Of a stretch of DNA of 64,000 bases, positions 35,615 through 46,198 are shown one piece after another (within the stretch, counting starts at the first letter, position 1; every line of letters starts with the position of its first letter). The notes below the pieces were generated by a model. The model did no database searches, had not been told where the DNA came from, and was given only the letters and a program-made list of their open reading frames with translations. Position numbers and translations under genes: made by a program. The stretch comes from an uncultured bacterium (GTDB lineage: Bacteria > Patescibacteriota > Minisyncoccia > UBA6257 > 2-01-FULL-56-20): positions 1,135-65,134 of the forward strand of contig CAVVHF010000018.1 of assembly GCA_963747905.1 (NCBI GenBank), in the 5' to 3' direction.

Positions 35615-36316
35615 TTAGCGTTTCCTCTCTTTCTTTTCGAAATGCCAATGCCACGGTTCATACATAACGCCATCTTTGTTTTTTTTGGGATATGACAAAT
35701 AAAAGCCAAATTTGTTTGCATTGCGTATCAACCATTCAAATTCTATTGTCTTTCCAAATTTTAAAAGATCATCATCTTCTGGAATTCCTTCTTCTGTCAT
35801 AAAATCGATTGCTTGTCGTTGGGGGTTACTGTGCTCACTGTAACCCGGGAAAGCAGCCCATCTGACGGTTTTCCTAAAATCAAAGCCCGTATATTCAAAC
35901 AAAGAAAGGAACACTATAATTTGATAAGTTGGCGATCGGTAGCCAGACGCTACGAGTAACGACTTTCCAATATCCTTCTTTATCGCTGAATTCAGATGCC
36001 GATAAGCTTTATACACGGTACCGGGCAATAATTGCTCATTCATAGTTTTAGCTCTTCCTTTATGGAAAAACCTTTGCTTTCTTATCTTAACGATATCAGA
36101 CGGAACGTTTTGTATACCAAAAAATTTTCCTTTAAAACCGTAGCGGCGAGGATCGATCGACAAAAACTTTTTAATGGCCAACCTTTCATCTTTTTCAAGG
36201 AATTTATAAAGTTTGGAAAAGGTGATCAACCGAAGGTCTTTTATTGCATTAGGACGATCTATCTTTTTTAAAATTGTTTTAACGATTTCCGGATCAAGAA
36301 AGCCGCGCTGTTTCAT
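35615..36316 (-). CDS. VanY/M15-family D-alanyl-D-alanine carboxypeptidase-like peptidase (in a low-GC segment)
   Basis: SGYRSPTYQ, SEHSNPQRQAIDF (SxHxxGxAxD-type) and EPWHWH motifs. Confidence 0.7.
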   Translation of the reverse strand: MKQRGFLDPEIVKTILKKIDRPNAIKDLRLITFSKLYKFLEKDERLAIKKFLSIDPRRYGFKGKFFGIQNVPSDIVKIRKQRFFHKGRAKTMNEQLLPGTVYKAYRHLNSAIKKDIGKSLLVASGYRSPTYQIIVFLSLFEYTGFDFRKTVRWAAFPGYSEHSNPQRQAIDFMTEEGIPEDDDLLKFGKTIEFEWLIRNANKFGFYLSYPKKNKDGVMYEPWHWHFEKKERKR

Positions 36317-36399
36317 TGAATTAAGTATATATCATCTAGATCTCCCAGCCGTTGAAATCCTCCTTGCTCCTTTATCCCCTATCTTCTATCCTTGTCTAT

Positions 36400-37005
36400 A
36401 TGATGAAACTTCCGGAGCCAGTGCAGAAGGTGGTGGACGAGCTTGCTGAGCTGCCGTCCATCGGGCCGCGCCAGGCGGTGCGACTTGCGTTCTATCTGAT
36501 TGGACGGCCGAAAGAAGGCCTGCGCGTGCTCGCGCAAAGCATTGACGCGCTACGCTTGATCAAGATCTGCGAGCGGTGCTTCTTCGTCCATCAAAATGAG
36601 GGAACGCTGTGCGACGTCTGTGCGAATCCGGCGCGGAACCAGCGCGTCATCATGGTGGTGGAAAAGGAGACGGATTATCTTTCCCTCGAGAACACAAAAA
36701 AATTCACCGGACGGTATTTTATTATTGGGCCGGTACCTAAAACGGGATTTTTGGAACAGTGGCAGAAAACGCGTCTGCTTAGCTTGAAAAAATATATCGC
36801 GGACGCTCTCGGTGGCGCGGCGGATGAGATTATTCTCGGTTTCAGTCCCACCACACTTGGCGATTTCCAGGCGTCGCTCTTATTGAAAGAGCTCGCACCG
36901 CTTGCCAAGCGGATTAGCCGCCTCGGTCGCGGCCTCCCCACCGGCGGCGAGATCGAATTCGCGGACGACGAGACGTTGGGCGCGGCCATGGAAAGGAGGA
37001 ATTAG
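36400..37005 (+). CDS. recR: recombination protein RecR
   Basis: HhH (LPSIGPRQAVRLAF), a C4 zinc finger (CERC...CDVC) and a Toprim domain. Confidence 0.85.
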   Translation: MMKLPEPVQKVVDELAELPSIGPRQAVRLAFYLIGRPKEGLRVLAQSIDALRLIKICERCFFVHQNEGTLCDVCANPARNQRVIMVVEKETDYLSLENTKKFTGRYFIIGPVPKTGFLEQWQKTRLLSLKKYIADALGGAADEIILGFSPTTLGDFQASLLLKELAPLAKRISRLGRGLPTGGEIEFADDETLGAAMERRN

Positions 37006-37652
37006 AATTCTTTTCTCCCCCATTCCACAATTTTCCCCGCCTCAATCTCGCTCCGGTCAGCGCGGCGTAAACGGCGCGTAGCGGCGGCGCTTACTATTTG
37101 AAAGTGTTTTGAGGAATCCAATGCTTCGGCGATGTTCGAAAGATCCCCGCGCGATGTGAGCCACTCGTCGCCGCGCGCCGCGCGGCATTGCAGAAGATCG
37201 AACGGCGCAGAGTAGCTGCGCATCGTCTTTATACCACTGTCCAAAAAATATTCGTTGAAGTACGACATCGCGAGTTCGTGCGGGTCGCGGTAGACCGGGT
37301 CGCGGTAGCGCAGGACGGCGTGGTTCGTTTTGCTGATTGCGCCCCATCGCCCGCCCTCTTTAAAGAGCGCGACCACGTGGTCGTCGTCGTGATCGGTCGT
37401 CTTCAGATCGAGGAGCAGCGGCGGATGGCCGATGTGCCACAGCGCAGCGGCGGCGAGCATCGCGCCCTCCATGCAATGCGCCTTTCCGGTTTGCAATACC
37501 ACGAGCGGCGATGCGTACGTATGCCGCCGCCCAGTGAAGTTCATCTCAAAATCGTTCACAAAATCCTGGATGGCGGCGGGGATGCGCAACTTTTTGAATA
37601 TCGAAAATTCCTCGGGAAATTCCTTGATGACCGCTCTTGGAAAAGCACGCAT
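37002..37652 (-). CDS. transglutaminase-like / papain-fold cysteine peptidase superfamily protein
   Basis: GKAHCMEGAMLAAAALWHIGHP (G-x-C-x3-A Cys motif) and a downstream HVVALF...GRWGAI His region. Confidence 0.45.
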   Translation of the reverse strand: MRAFPRAVIKEFPEEFSIFKKLRIPAAIQDFVNDFEMNFTGRRHTYASPLVVLQTGKAHCMEGAMLAAAALWHIGHPPLLLDLKTTDHDDDHVVALFKEGGRWGAISKTNHAVLRYRDPVYRDPHELAMSYFNEYFLDSGIKTMRSYSAPFDLLQCRAARGDEWLTSRGDLSNIAEALDSSKHFQIVSAAATRRLRRADRSEIEAGKIVEWGRKEF

Positions 37653-37751
37653 AAAAGAATTATAGCAGACGCCCAACGAACTCCATCACGTAATCGCTAA
37701 TTTGACATACCACTTCCAACATATTATAATTGCACCCAGCGAGGTAGAGGA

Positions 37752-38072
37752 ATGCTCATCAGCTCGGCGGCTTATTTTGACGTTTGCGGTTGCGGGCGTC
37801 ACGGCAGGATTGTTACCGCAACCGGCGAGAGTAGCGTCGTATTCTGCTCAAAAGAAGTGGCGCACGCGACACTCAACGCGGCGATAAAAGAAGGAAGGAT
37901 CGCTGCCGACGAGCAGCTCATCGTATCCTCCCAGATTGATGGATCATTATTGGCGGAAGAAGAGTACGACGCCAACATCGACGCCAGGATCAAAGCGGAG
38001 ATCATCAACGCCGTCCATGAGATTTGGCTGGAAAGGGCCGAAGAACTACCACAGCCGGAATACGTCAATTGA
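37752..38072 (+). CDS. hypothetical small protein
   Basis: 106-aa ORF followed by a strong terminator; no motif recognised. Confidence 0.35.
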   Translation: MLISSAAYFDVCGCGRHGRIVTATGESSVVFCSKEVAHATLNAAIKEGRIAADEQLIVSSQIDGSLLAEEEYDANIDARIKAEIINAVHEIWLERAEELPQPEYVN

Positions 38073-38095
38073 CCGCGTCCCTTTCCCGTTCCCGA

Positions 38096-38130
38096 GCCTG
38101 CAACCAGACAATGGTTGTGGGCTCTTTTTT
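38096..38130 (+). terminator. rho-independent terminator (11-bp stem GCCTGCAACCA/TGGTTGTGGGC, T-run)
   Basis: Read directly from the sequence. Confidence 0.6.
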
Positions 38131-38133
38131 ATT

Positions 38134-39162
38134 CTATCCGTGCCGGACCTCGATCACATCCCCATCATTTACCACATATTCCTTTCCCTCCACTCTTAGC
38201 CATCCTTTCTGCTTCGCCTTGCTCCAGCCGCCCACTTCCAATAATTTGTCCGTTGGGACAATCTCCATACGGATGAACTTCTCCTCGAAATCGGTGTGGA
38301 TGACGCCTGCGGCCTGCGGCGCCTTTGTCCCCCGCTCGATCGTCCACGCGCGCGTCTCGTCGTCGCCGGTCGTAAAGAAGCTGATGAGGTCCAGCACGTG
38401 ATATGCTTTTTTGACGAGCAGCGGGATCTCCACCGACTCCACCTCCGGCGACGAAAGATCGCTCACGAGATAGTCCGCACCGAGCGCCGCGATCTTGGCA
38501 AGCAGTTCGGGCGACACATCCGATTCTTTTCCGTTGATAAGATACAGTTGGCGCTTGATCGTAAGCAAACGCAGATCATTCAACCGCGGCTCGCTCTTGA
38601 TTGCGTGGGAAAGTTCCGCGTCGCTCACCGGCAAAATGCCACTCTCGAGCGATTTCTTCAATCGCTCCAAAAGCTCCTTATCGTGCAACGCTTCTTTCTT
38701 ACCCGCGCGCGCTTCCGCCTCCACGCGCACGAGACGCTTGTCCACCGCCGCGAGATCCTTCAGCATCAGCTCCAGATTAATCACATCGATGTCGCGTACT
38801 GGGTCGACAGAATTCTCCACATGGATGATATCCGGATTTTCGAACGCACGCACCACCATGACGATTGCCTGCGTGAGTTGGATGTCGTCCAAAAAAGCGT
38901 TGCCCAATCCCTCACCCTTATTCGCGCCCTTTACGAGACCCGCGATGTCAAAGAATTCCACGACCGCGGAAATTTTTTTCTTGGACGCGCTCATTACGTT
39001 CAATTTTTCCAGACGCTCGTCAGGAACGGCAACGACGCCGACGTTGGGGTCGATCGTCGCGAACGGATAGTTGGCAATCGTGATGTTCTGCTTCGTTAAT
39101 ATTTTAAACAACGTGGATTTGCCCACATTCGGAAGACCGACGATGCCAAGAGAAAGTTTCAT
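38134..39162 (-). CDS. ychF: ribosome-binding ATPase YchF (Obg-family GTPase/ATPase with a TGS domain)
   Basis: P-loop GLPNVGKST and a C-terminal TGS domain. Confidence 0.85.
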   Translation of the reverse strand: MKLSLGIVGLPNVGKSTLFKILTKQNITIANYPFATIDPNVGVVAVPDERLEKLNVMSASKKKISAVVEFFDIAGLVKGANKGEGLGNAFLDDIQLTQAIVMVVRAFENPDIIHVENSVDPVRDIDVINLELMLKDLAAVDKRLVRVEAEARAGKKEALHDKELLERLKKSLESGILPVSDAELSHAIKSEPRLNDLRLLTIKRQLYLINGKESDVSPELLAKIAALGADYLVSDLSSPEVESVEIPLLVKKAYHVLDLISFFTTGDDETRAWTIERGTKAPQAAGVIHTDFEEKFIRMEIVPTDKLLEVGGWSKAKQKGWLRVEGKEYVVNDGDVIEVRHG

Positions 39163-40025
39163 TATTGTAGTGTACTCGTAGACATATACGCCGGCAATGT
39201 GTTCAAATCGATCGCCGACGTCCCATCCTTCTGGATGATAAACGTGAAGCCGAACGGATCCGCTGGCACTGACGGGATGATCCCCTTCGCGACGAGCTCA
39301 GCGGTGGATGTAGGATATGCGCCGAACTCTTTTTTATACATCGCCGATGCGGCATCCAGATAATCAAAATCCTGCAGGTGATCGATGTATGCCTGTGCGC
39401 GCGCCTGCGTGTCCAGGTCATTCGTGGAATCTTTGATGGTCTCCCAGAGCTGTTCCGTCTTCTGGCGCTGGTTCGTCTCAATGCCAAAGTTCAATGAGAA
39501 CCGCTCGGCGTACCCTGGAATGCCCGGCGTCTCCGCCGCAAGGTTATAATACTCCGCCGCCGCCGGATCATTCTTGGCATATAAAAATTCGTTCGTTGCT
39601 ATGTAGTACGGGATGCGCCAGTCGGAGTCGCCGTTCACGATTCCCTGTTGCCCGATCGCGTCGGCCTGCGCAACCGCCTGCGGATCATCCTGTGCCGGCA
39701 CTGCCGGCAGCGTGAGTACCGAGAATGCGTATGGATAGCTGAGTTTCGGATCGACGGCGTTCACGAAGGCAAGGTCGGAAAAATATTCCGCTTTGCCATT
39801 CCATAAGTCCAGAATCTCCGGCATCGTCGTTGCCCACAGGAACGACGCAACTGCGGGATGAAATCCCATGTCGAGCAAGCGCACCATGAACGGCGACACC
39901 TCCTGCGCACTCGAGGCAGGCAGGGCGATCTTCGTGGTGTCGTACTCAAACTGCAAAAGCGCGACGAGCGCGAGCAGCAATCCCACTGTTATTATTTTTG
40001 TGAATGGATTATTGAGCCGCGCCAT
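39162..40025 (-). CDS. hypothetical exported or membrane-anchored protein, co-operonic with the ABC-2 transporter
   Basis: N-terminal signal-anchor; 287 aa; no catalytic motif. Confidence 0.45.
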   Translation of the reverse strand: MARLNNPFTKIITVGLLLALVALLQFEYDTTKIALPASSAQEVSPFMVRLLDMGFHPAVASFLWATTMPEILDLWNGKAEYFSDLAFVNAVDPKLSYPYAFSVLTLPAVPAQDDPQAVAQADAIGQQGIVNGDSDWRIPYYIATNEFLYAKNDPAAAEYYNLAAETPGIPGYAERFSLNFGIETNQRQKTEQLWETIKDSTNDLDTQARAQAYIDHLQDFDYLDAASAMYKKEFGAYPTSTAELVAKGIIPSVPADPFGFTFIIQKDGTSAIDLNTLPAYMSTSTLQ

Positions 40026-40790
40026 TTAAATTTCTTTCTTGTCAAATATCCACACAGCGGCAGTGAGGAGGAGCACGATGTACACCACGGCATATGCGAC
40101 GGCGAGGCCAAACGAAGTCCATGGGGTGGTAACCGCGTGGATTGCAAAGTCGCGCACGTCGAATTTCTCCAGATTCGGGAATATATAATAGAATATCTCC
40201 ACGAGCCATAGTTTGATGCCGCCGAGCCCGATGGCCTTCGCATCGGTCACAAGCTGGCTTACGATGTGACCGAGGAAAAATACGCCAGATGTGTACACGA
40301 TGGAAAGCAATGAACTCGCGAACGTAGAGACGAAGATCGCGAACGCGAGGAAGAGCGCCATCTCTAGAAACTGCATCGCGATAGCGGTGAGTCCGACCCA
40401 GTCGAATCCGGCGCCCGCATGGAGCACCACGCCCATGTACGCCACGCCAAGGATGACGCTCGTCAGCAGGAGTACCATGCATAGTCCAAAAAATTTTCCC
40501 AGCACAAATTGCGCGCGCGATACTGGTTTAGAAAGAATAAAATAAACCACCTTACGATCCACGTCCTTAAAGAACGATGTCGTGCCGAGGAAAAGCGCGA
40601 TGATCGCGTTAAAGAAATAGATGCCAGTCAGCCCAAACGCCTTCACCATCGAAGGCTCTTTAAGCACGAGGTCGGCGAGGAACAGTGTAAAGAACACATA
40701 GAGGAGACCGAACACGATGATGCCGTAGAGGATCTTGTCGCGAATCTCAAGCTTGAGCGTATTTTTTGCGATAATGAAAATGTTTCTCAT
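40026..40790 (-). CDS. ABC-2 family transporter permease
   Basis: 6-TM 254-aa protein downstream of the ABC ATPase. Confidence 0.7.
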   Translation of the reverse strand: MRNIFIIAKNTLKLEIRDKILYGIIVFGLLYVFFTLFLADLVLKEPSMVKAFGLTGIYFFNAIIALFLGTTSFFKDVDRKVVYFILSKPVSRAQFVLGKFFGLCMVLLLTSVILGVAYMGVVLHAGAGFDWVGLTAIAMQFLEMALFLAFAIFVSTFASSLLSIVYTSGVFFLGHIVSQLVTDAKAIGLGGIKLWLVEIFYYIFPNLEKFDVRDFAIHAVTTPWTSFGLAVAYAVVYIVLLLTAAVWIFDKKEI

Positions 40791-40798
40791 AGTGCTGA

Positions 40799-41548
40799 TT
40801 ATTTGGGGGGTGGTTCAAGACGTGCTTCCGTTTCGTGCGCCTGCACCGCTTCCATAAATCGCTCCTCCAGCGGCTTGCCCGCACAGAATGTTTTCACACC
40901 GCCCGCATACAACAATTTTCCTTTATGCACGATCCCCACTTCGTCGCAGATCTCCTCCACATCGGCAAGGATGTGTGTATTCAAAAAGATCCGACGCCCT
41001 TCGTGCTTGAGATCGAGCATCACTTCTTTCATCTCGCGGCGGCCGATCGGGTCGAGCCCGTCGAGCGGTTCGTCGAGAAAAAGATATTCCGGATCGTTTA
41101 CGAGTGATTGCGCAAAGCCGAGACGCTGGCGCATGCCCTTTGAATACGTGCGGATCTCCGCGTTGCGCGCGGCAAAGATGCCAACCTTCTTTAAAATTTC
41201 CTCATAGTGAGAGTTTCGCGCCGCTGGGCTTGCTCCGCTGTTCGTGTTATCAAAAAGCTCGTCACAAAATCGCAAAAATTCCATACCGGTCATCCGTTCA
41301 TAAAAGTAGGGTGCTTCCGGCATATAGCCCAGCTTCTTTTTGAAAATAGGATGCGACGAGAGCGCCCCGTCGATCGTGATTGTGCCGCTCGTTGGCGCGA
41401 GCAAACCCACGACCATCTTCATGATCGTCGTCTTCCCCGCCCCGTTCTGCCCCAAAAAACCGAAGATCGGCACATCCACGGAGAGGGTGAAGTCGTCCAC
41501 GACCACCTTCTTTTTATAGGCTTTCGTCAGATGCGAGAACTCAACCAT
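40799..41548 (-). CDS. ABC transporter ATP-binding protein
   Basis: Walker A GQNGAGKTT; signature-like YSKGMRQRLGFAQSL; Walker B LFLDEPLDGLD. Confidence 0.85.
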   Translation of the reverse strand: MVEFSHLTKAYKKKVVVDDFTLSVDVPIFGFLGQNGAGKTTIMKMVVGLLAPTSGTITIDGALSSHPIFKKKLGYMPEAPYFYERMTGMEFLRFCDELFDNTNSGASPAARNSHYEEILKKVGIFAARNAEIRTYSKGMRQRLGFAQSLVNDPEYLFLDEPLDGLDPIGRREMKEVMLDLKHEGRRIFLNTHILADVEEICDEVGIVHKGKLLYAGGVKTFCAGKPLEERFMEAVQAHETEARLEPPPK

Positions 41549-41588
41549 GGAAAGAGTATAACAAAAAATTCCCTTGGGAAAAAGTCCA

Positions 41589-41989
41589 TTAACGGTACTC
41601 TACCGGCACGCTCTCGAACTTGTTCTTGGTAACGATCACGTGGCCGAGTAGGCTGATACCAAGAATTTTTCCGGCTTCGACAATCTGCTTTGTAATAAGA
41701 ATGTCCGTCTCGCTCGGTTTCGCCACGCCAGGGGGATGGTTATGCGCGAGGATTACCGCTGACGCGAAATACTCGAGCGCGGGGCGCGGAAAAAGAGCCG
41801 ATCGGTCGCACAGTCAAAGAACCGCTTGCACCGCGCGAACGAAAGCGCACTGATAATGGCGGCAAGAATATTCACCACTTCGTCGTTGGGATAGAAGAAT
41901 TTTCCCGTGACAAACTCGATGGTGAAAAACATTACGGCGATAGCGACGATGGATAAAAGATACGAGATGGCGCGGGCACGTGTTTTCAC
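41589..41989 (-). pseudogene. RadC-like JAB/MPN domain remnant split over two reading frames at a T5 run (frameshift or sequencing indel)
   Basis: The C-terminal frame encodes VILAHNHPPGVAKPSETDILITKQIVEAGKILGISLLGHVIV (the RadC HNHPSG...SxxD motif) but has no ATG; the upstream part is in another frame. Confidence 0.4.
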
Positions 41990-42036
41990 TCATCCACCAT
42001 AAACCGGATTAAAGAAATATTAAAGACGCCGGAGGG

Positions 42037-43317
42037 CTAATGGAACGCCCTGACACGTCGCAACGCACGATGATAACTGATGGCGAACCGATGGGCCTCG
42101 TCGCGCACTTTGATAAGCGTTGTTTTTTGCACTCCTTTCGGTACGAGGCCGATGATGTCGTTGCGGTCGCGGCGCGGCCCTTTTGCAATCCCGATAATGG
42201 GGATCTTTATCCCGGCGCGAAGCAGGACGCGGCGGGCAGTGTTCACCTGCGCGAGACCGCCGTCGATGAGGACGAGGTCGGGCAGCGGCCACGGATTTTT
42301 TGACTCCACCGCTGCGTGCGCAAAGCGCCGCTCCAATACCTCTTTTAACATTCCAACATCGTTCGGTTGAAAGATGCTACGAATCTTAAACTTGCGGTAT
42401 TCATTTTTGTCTGGCGCGCCGTCCTCGAACACCACCATGGACCCGACGGCGGACGTGCCGGAAATATTTGAAATGTCATAACCTTCAATGCGATAACCAT
42501 CTTTTAACGCGGCAGCGGTGCCAGTGCCTGCACCACGCGCCATCAGCACCTCATTGTCGGAAATGAGCGCCGTGTCCTGGATATGCTGTAACGCGAACAT
42601 CTGTCGTCGCAACACTTCCGCCCGCTCGAACTCCTGCTTTTTTACTGCCATACGCATTTCCTTTTCCAACGCGTGGATAATGCGCGCCTTCCTTCCCTCA
42701 AAAAACAACTTGAGCCGATCGATATTTTTTATATAATCCTCATGGGTGATCGCGCCGACGCACGTACCCGGGCAAAGCCCGATCTCGTAGTTGAAGCACG
42801 GGCGTTTCATCTTACCAATCTCATCCGAATCGTGTGTGCTCCACGGGAATATTCGCCGGAGGATACGCAACGCTTCGCGCGCGCTGGAAGCCGAAGTGAA
42901 GGGGCCGAAGCGCTTTCCTTGAACCACGCCACCGCCCACACCGCCACGGCCCCCGTTGGCCACACCACTCCCGCGCACCAGTAGCACTCGCGGAAATTTC
43001 TCGCGCGTGATTTCAAAATATAAAAAACTCTTGTCATCTTTTTCGCGCACATTGAACGGTGGCACAATCTTTTTGATCAGTTCCGCCTCGCGGATCAGGG
43101 CCTCAAGCGCGGTATCCTTCTGCTCAAACTCAATGTGCGCAATCTTGCTCACGAGCGTCTGAATGCGCACGTCATGCGGACGCTCAAAGTAGCTTGAGAC
43201 GCGGCGGCGTAGATTTCCCGCCTTGCCGACGTACAACACGCGCCCGGCGGCGTCTTTCATAATATAAACACCCGGCGTTTCGGGAAATTTTTTGTACAAA
43301 GCGAAAGTTTTCACCAT
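42037..43317 (-). CDS. uvrC: excinuclease ABC subunit C (compact, lacking the C-terminal HhH2 domain)
   Basis: GIY-YIG motif (GVYIM...YVGKA), a UvrBC-homology region and an RNase-H-like endonuclease domain. Confidence 0.85.
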   Translation of the reverse strand: MVKTFALYKKFPETPGVYIMKDAAGRVLYVGKAGNLRRRVSSYFERPHDVRIQTLVSKIAHIEFEQKDTALEALIREAELIKKIVPPFNVREKDDKSFLYFEITREKFPRVLLVRGSGVANGGRGGVGGGVVQGKRFGPFTSASSAREALRILRRIFPWSTHDSDEIGKMKRPCFNYEIGLCPGTCVGAITHEDYIKNIDRLKLFFEGRKARIIHALEKEMRMAVKKQEFERAEVLRRQMFALQHIQDTALISDNEVLMARGAGTGTAAALKDGYRIEGYDISNISGTSAVGSMVVFEDGAPDKNEYRKFKIRSIFQPNDVGMLKEVLERRFAHAAVESKNPWPLPDLVLIDGGLAQVNTARRVLLRAGIKIPIIGIAKGPRRDRNDIIGLVPKGVQKTTLIKVRDEAHRFAISYHRALRRVRAFH

Positions 43318-43323
43318 ACTCGG

Positions 43324-43602
43324 CTAATCCTGCAACAGCACGTGCACCGCGCACTTCTCGAGCAACGGCACTGTGCCTTCTATCTCCTCGTTGATCTTCT
43401 CAAGCGGAACCGAAGTGCCGCCATTTTCGAACCTTAGCTCGTTCTCATAAATGTAAGCCACCTTATGGCCCTGCATATTATAAATAAAGCCGTTCTCAAA
43501 ATAGCCAAGTTTTTGGTCGCCTTGATCTGTGCGAACATGGTTACCGTCGATCCATGCGATCTTTTGCCCATCCCGCCAGATCTTGTTGTCGAAGATTTTC
43601 AT
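43324..43602 (-). CDS. hypothetical 92-aa protein embedded between uvrA and uvrC
   Basis: ORF only; no motif recognised. Confidence 0.4.
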   Translation of the reverse strand: MKIFDNKIWRDGQKIAWIDGNHVRTDQGDQKLGYFENGFIYNMQGHKVAYIYENELRFENGGTSVPLEKINEEIEGTVPLLEKCAVHVLLQD

Positions 43603-43624
43603 AATCTTATTATACCACCCGGCG

Positions 43625-46198
43625 CTATTTCTGTAGTAACGGCCTCAAGTACTCCCCTGTCACGCTCGCCTTTTTGCGCACAATCTCCTCCGGCGTACCG
43701 GTGGCGACGACAGTCCCGCCACGGGCGCCGCCTTCCGGGCCAAGATCAATCACCCAATCGGCACATTTAATGACATCCAAGTTGTGCTCAATGACGACGA
43801 TCGTGTTGCCGCGGTCCACCAAACGCTGCAGCACCTTGAGGAGTTGGTCCACGTCGGCGAAGTGCAAACCGGTTGTCGGCTCGTCGAGTAGGTAGAGCGT
43901 GCGGCGCGTGTCGCGCTTGCCAAGCTCGGCGGACAGCTTGATGCGCTGCGCCTCACCGCCGGAAAGCGTTGTCGCCGATTGTCCAAGTTCCAAATATCCC
44001 AAACCGACCTCCTCTAATATAGTGAGTTTGTCCATCAGCCATGGAATGTCGCTGAAAAATTCCACCGCTTCCTCGATTGTCATCTGCAGAATGTCGAAAA
44101 TATTTTTTCCTTTGTATTCTACGGCGAGCGTCTCGCGGTCGAAGCGCTTGCCCTTACACACGTCGCACGTGACGTACACCGTCGGCAAGAAATGCATCTC
44201 GATGGCGATCGTGCCGTGACCCTCGCAGTTCTCGCACCGACCACCCGGGACGTTGAAACTGAACCGGCCCGGCTTGTACCCGCGCACGCGCGCGTCTTCC
44301 GTACCGGCAAAGAGATCGCGGATATGCGTCCACGCACCCACGTACGTGGCCGGGTTGGAGCGTGGCGTGCGGCCGATCGCCGCCTGGTCGATATTGATGA
44401 TACGCGTGATATATTCCATACCGAATATGGACTTATATCCACCCGCTTTGAAACTGGCATGATTTAATTTATCCGCGACGGCTTTATACAGCACATCATA
44501 CACGAGTGATGATTTTCCGCTGCCAGACACGCCGGTCACTGCGGTAAAGCGGCGCAACGGAATATCCACATCAATGTCTTTCAAATTATTTGCATGTGCG
44601 CCGCGGATCTTTAAAAATTCCTGCGCGCTACCGCTGCTCCCCAATTTGGTCTTTGCACTCTTTGCGCCGCGTTCCGCCGGCAATACCACCTTACGCCGCG
44701 TCTCCGGCACCTCGATAAATTTTTTACCGCGTAGATATTGCAGGGTGAGCGAATCCTGCTTCATATCTTTGATCAGTTCCGGCATCGGCCCCTGCGCCAC
44801 CACATTGCCGCCATGTACACCTGCGCCCGGCCCGATATCCACCAGATAATCCGACTCGCGAATCGTGTCCTCATCGTGCTCGACGACGATGATCGTGTTG
44901 CCGAGATCACGGAGATCTTTGAGCGTCTGAATAAGCTTCGCGTTATCGCGCTGATGCAGGCCAATCGTCGGCTCATCCAATATATAGAGCGTTCCCACCA
45001 GGCGCGAGCCGATTTGCGACGCGAGCCGGATGCGTTGACCCTCGCCACCGGAAAGCGATCCCGCCCTACGATCGAGCGTCAAATATTCCAAACCAACGTC
45101 CATCATGAATTTTAATCGGTTTTTAATCTCGCGAAGCGGCGCTTCGGCGACTTCATTAAGAGATCCACCGGTAAATTTCAATCCCGAAAAAAACGCGAGC
45201 GCGTCTTCTATCGATAATGCCGTGACGGTATGGATGCTCTTGTCGTCAATCAGTACGTTCAAACTTTCCACACGCAAACGCTTGCCTTCGCATGCCACGC
45301 AGATCTCGTCCGACCAAATATCCTTTGTGCCCAAGCCGTGGCACTCCGGACACGCGCCGTACGGGCTGTTGAATGAGAACAGGCGCGGCTCGATCTCCGG
45401 GAACGAGAACCCGTCGTGCGGGCATGTGAACTTTGCCGACAAAGAAACTTCTTTGTCAGTGATGAGCGTCACGACCGCGTTGCCATATTTGAGCGCGCTC
45501 TCGATTGCTTCCGCTAAACGCAAACGATTATCTTTGTCTTTAAAGTTCATTCCCGACGGAAGGCGATCTACGATGAGGTCGATATCGTGCGCCTTATAGC
45601 GCGAAAGCTCCACGCGTTCGCGGAGTGAATGATATGTGCCGTCAATGCGCACCTCGGAAAATCCCGCATTCAGAAAATCATAAAGCATCTGGTAATACTC
45701 GCCTTTCCGTCCACGCACCACTGGCGCGAGAATAACGAAATTTTTTTTATCTTTATTACCGTCCGAAATCTCGATCGCGACATCCACGATCTCCTCGTTC
45801 GTCAATTTTTTAATTTCACGGCCGCACATGGGGCAATATGGCTTGCCCGCGCGGGCAAAAAGCACACGGAGGTAATCGTAGATCTCGGTGATTGTGGCCA
45901 CCGTGGAACGTGGATTCGCGGAGTGGGATTTTTGGTCGATGGAAATGGCAGGCGAAAGTCCCTCGATCTCGTCCACGTCCGGCTTATCGAGGCGACCCAA
46001 AAACTGTCGCGCGTACGCGGAAAGCGATTCGATGTAACGCCGCTGGCCCTCGGCAAAAATCGTGTCGAACGCGAGCGACGATTTGCCGCTCCCGGAAAGT
46101 CCGGTGAAGACGACCATTTTGTCGCGCGGGATTTCGAGGTCAATGTTCTTAAGGTTGTGCTCACGCGCGCCTTTGATGATTATTTTGTCGTGTTTCAT
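43625..46198 (-). CDS. uvrA: excinuclease ABC subunit A
   Basis: Two ABC ATPase modules (GLSGSGKSS / GVSGSGKSS), zinc-finger CxxC pairs, and LSGGE signatures. Confidence 0.9.
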   Translation of the reverse strand: MKHDKIIIKGAREHNLKNIDLEIPRDKMVVFTGLSGSGKSSLAFDTIFAEGQRRYIESLSAYARQFLGRLDKPDVDEIEGLSPAISIDQKSHSANPRSTVATITEIYDYLRVLFARAGKPYCPMCGREIKKLTNEEIVDVAIEISDGNKDKKNFVILAPVVRGRKGEYYQMLYDFLNAGFSEVRIDGTYHSLRERVELSRYKAHDIDLIVDRLPSGMNFKDKDNRLRLAEAIESALKYGNAVVTLITDKEVSLSAKFTCPHDGFSFPEIEPRLFSFNSPYGACPECHGLGTKDIWSDEICVACEGKRLRVESLNVLIDDKSIHTVTALSIEDALAFFSGLKFTGGSLNEVAEAPLREIKNRLKFMMDVGLEYLTLDRRAGSLSGGEGQRIRLASQIGSRLVGTLYILDEPTIGLHQRDNAKLIQTLKDLRDLGNTIIVVEHDEDTIRESDYLVDIGPGAGVHGGNVVAQGPMPELIKDMKQDSLTLQYLRGKKFIEVPETRRKVVLPAERGAKSAKTKLGSSGSAQEFLKIRGAHANNLKDIDVDIPLRRFTAVTGVSGSGKSSLVYDVLYKAVADKLNHASFKAGGYKSIFGMEYITRIINIDQAAIGRTPRSNPATYVGAWTHIRDLFAGTEDARVRGYKPGRFSFNVPGGRCENCEGHGTIAIEMHFLPTVYVTCDVCKGKRFDRETLAVEYKGKNIFDILQMTIEEAVEFFSDIPWLMDKLTILEEVGLGYLELGQSATTLSGGEAQRIKLSAELGKRDTRRTLYLLDEPTTGLHFADVDQLLKVLQRLVDRGNTIVVIEHNLDVIKCADWVIDLGPEGGARGGTVVATGTPEEIVRKKASVTGEYLRPLLQK

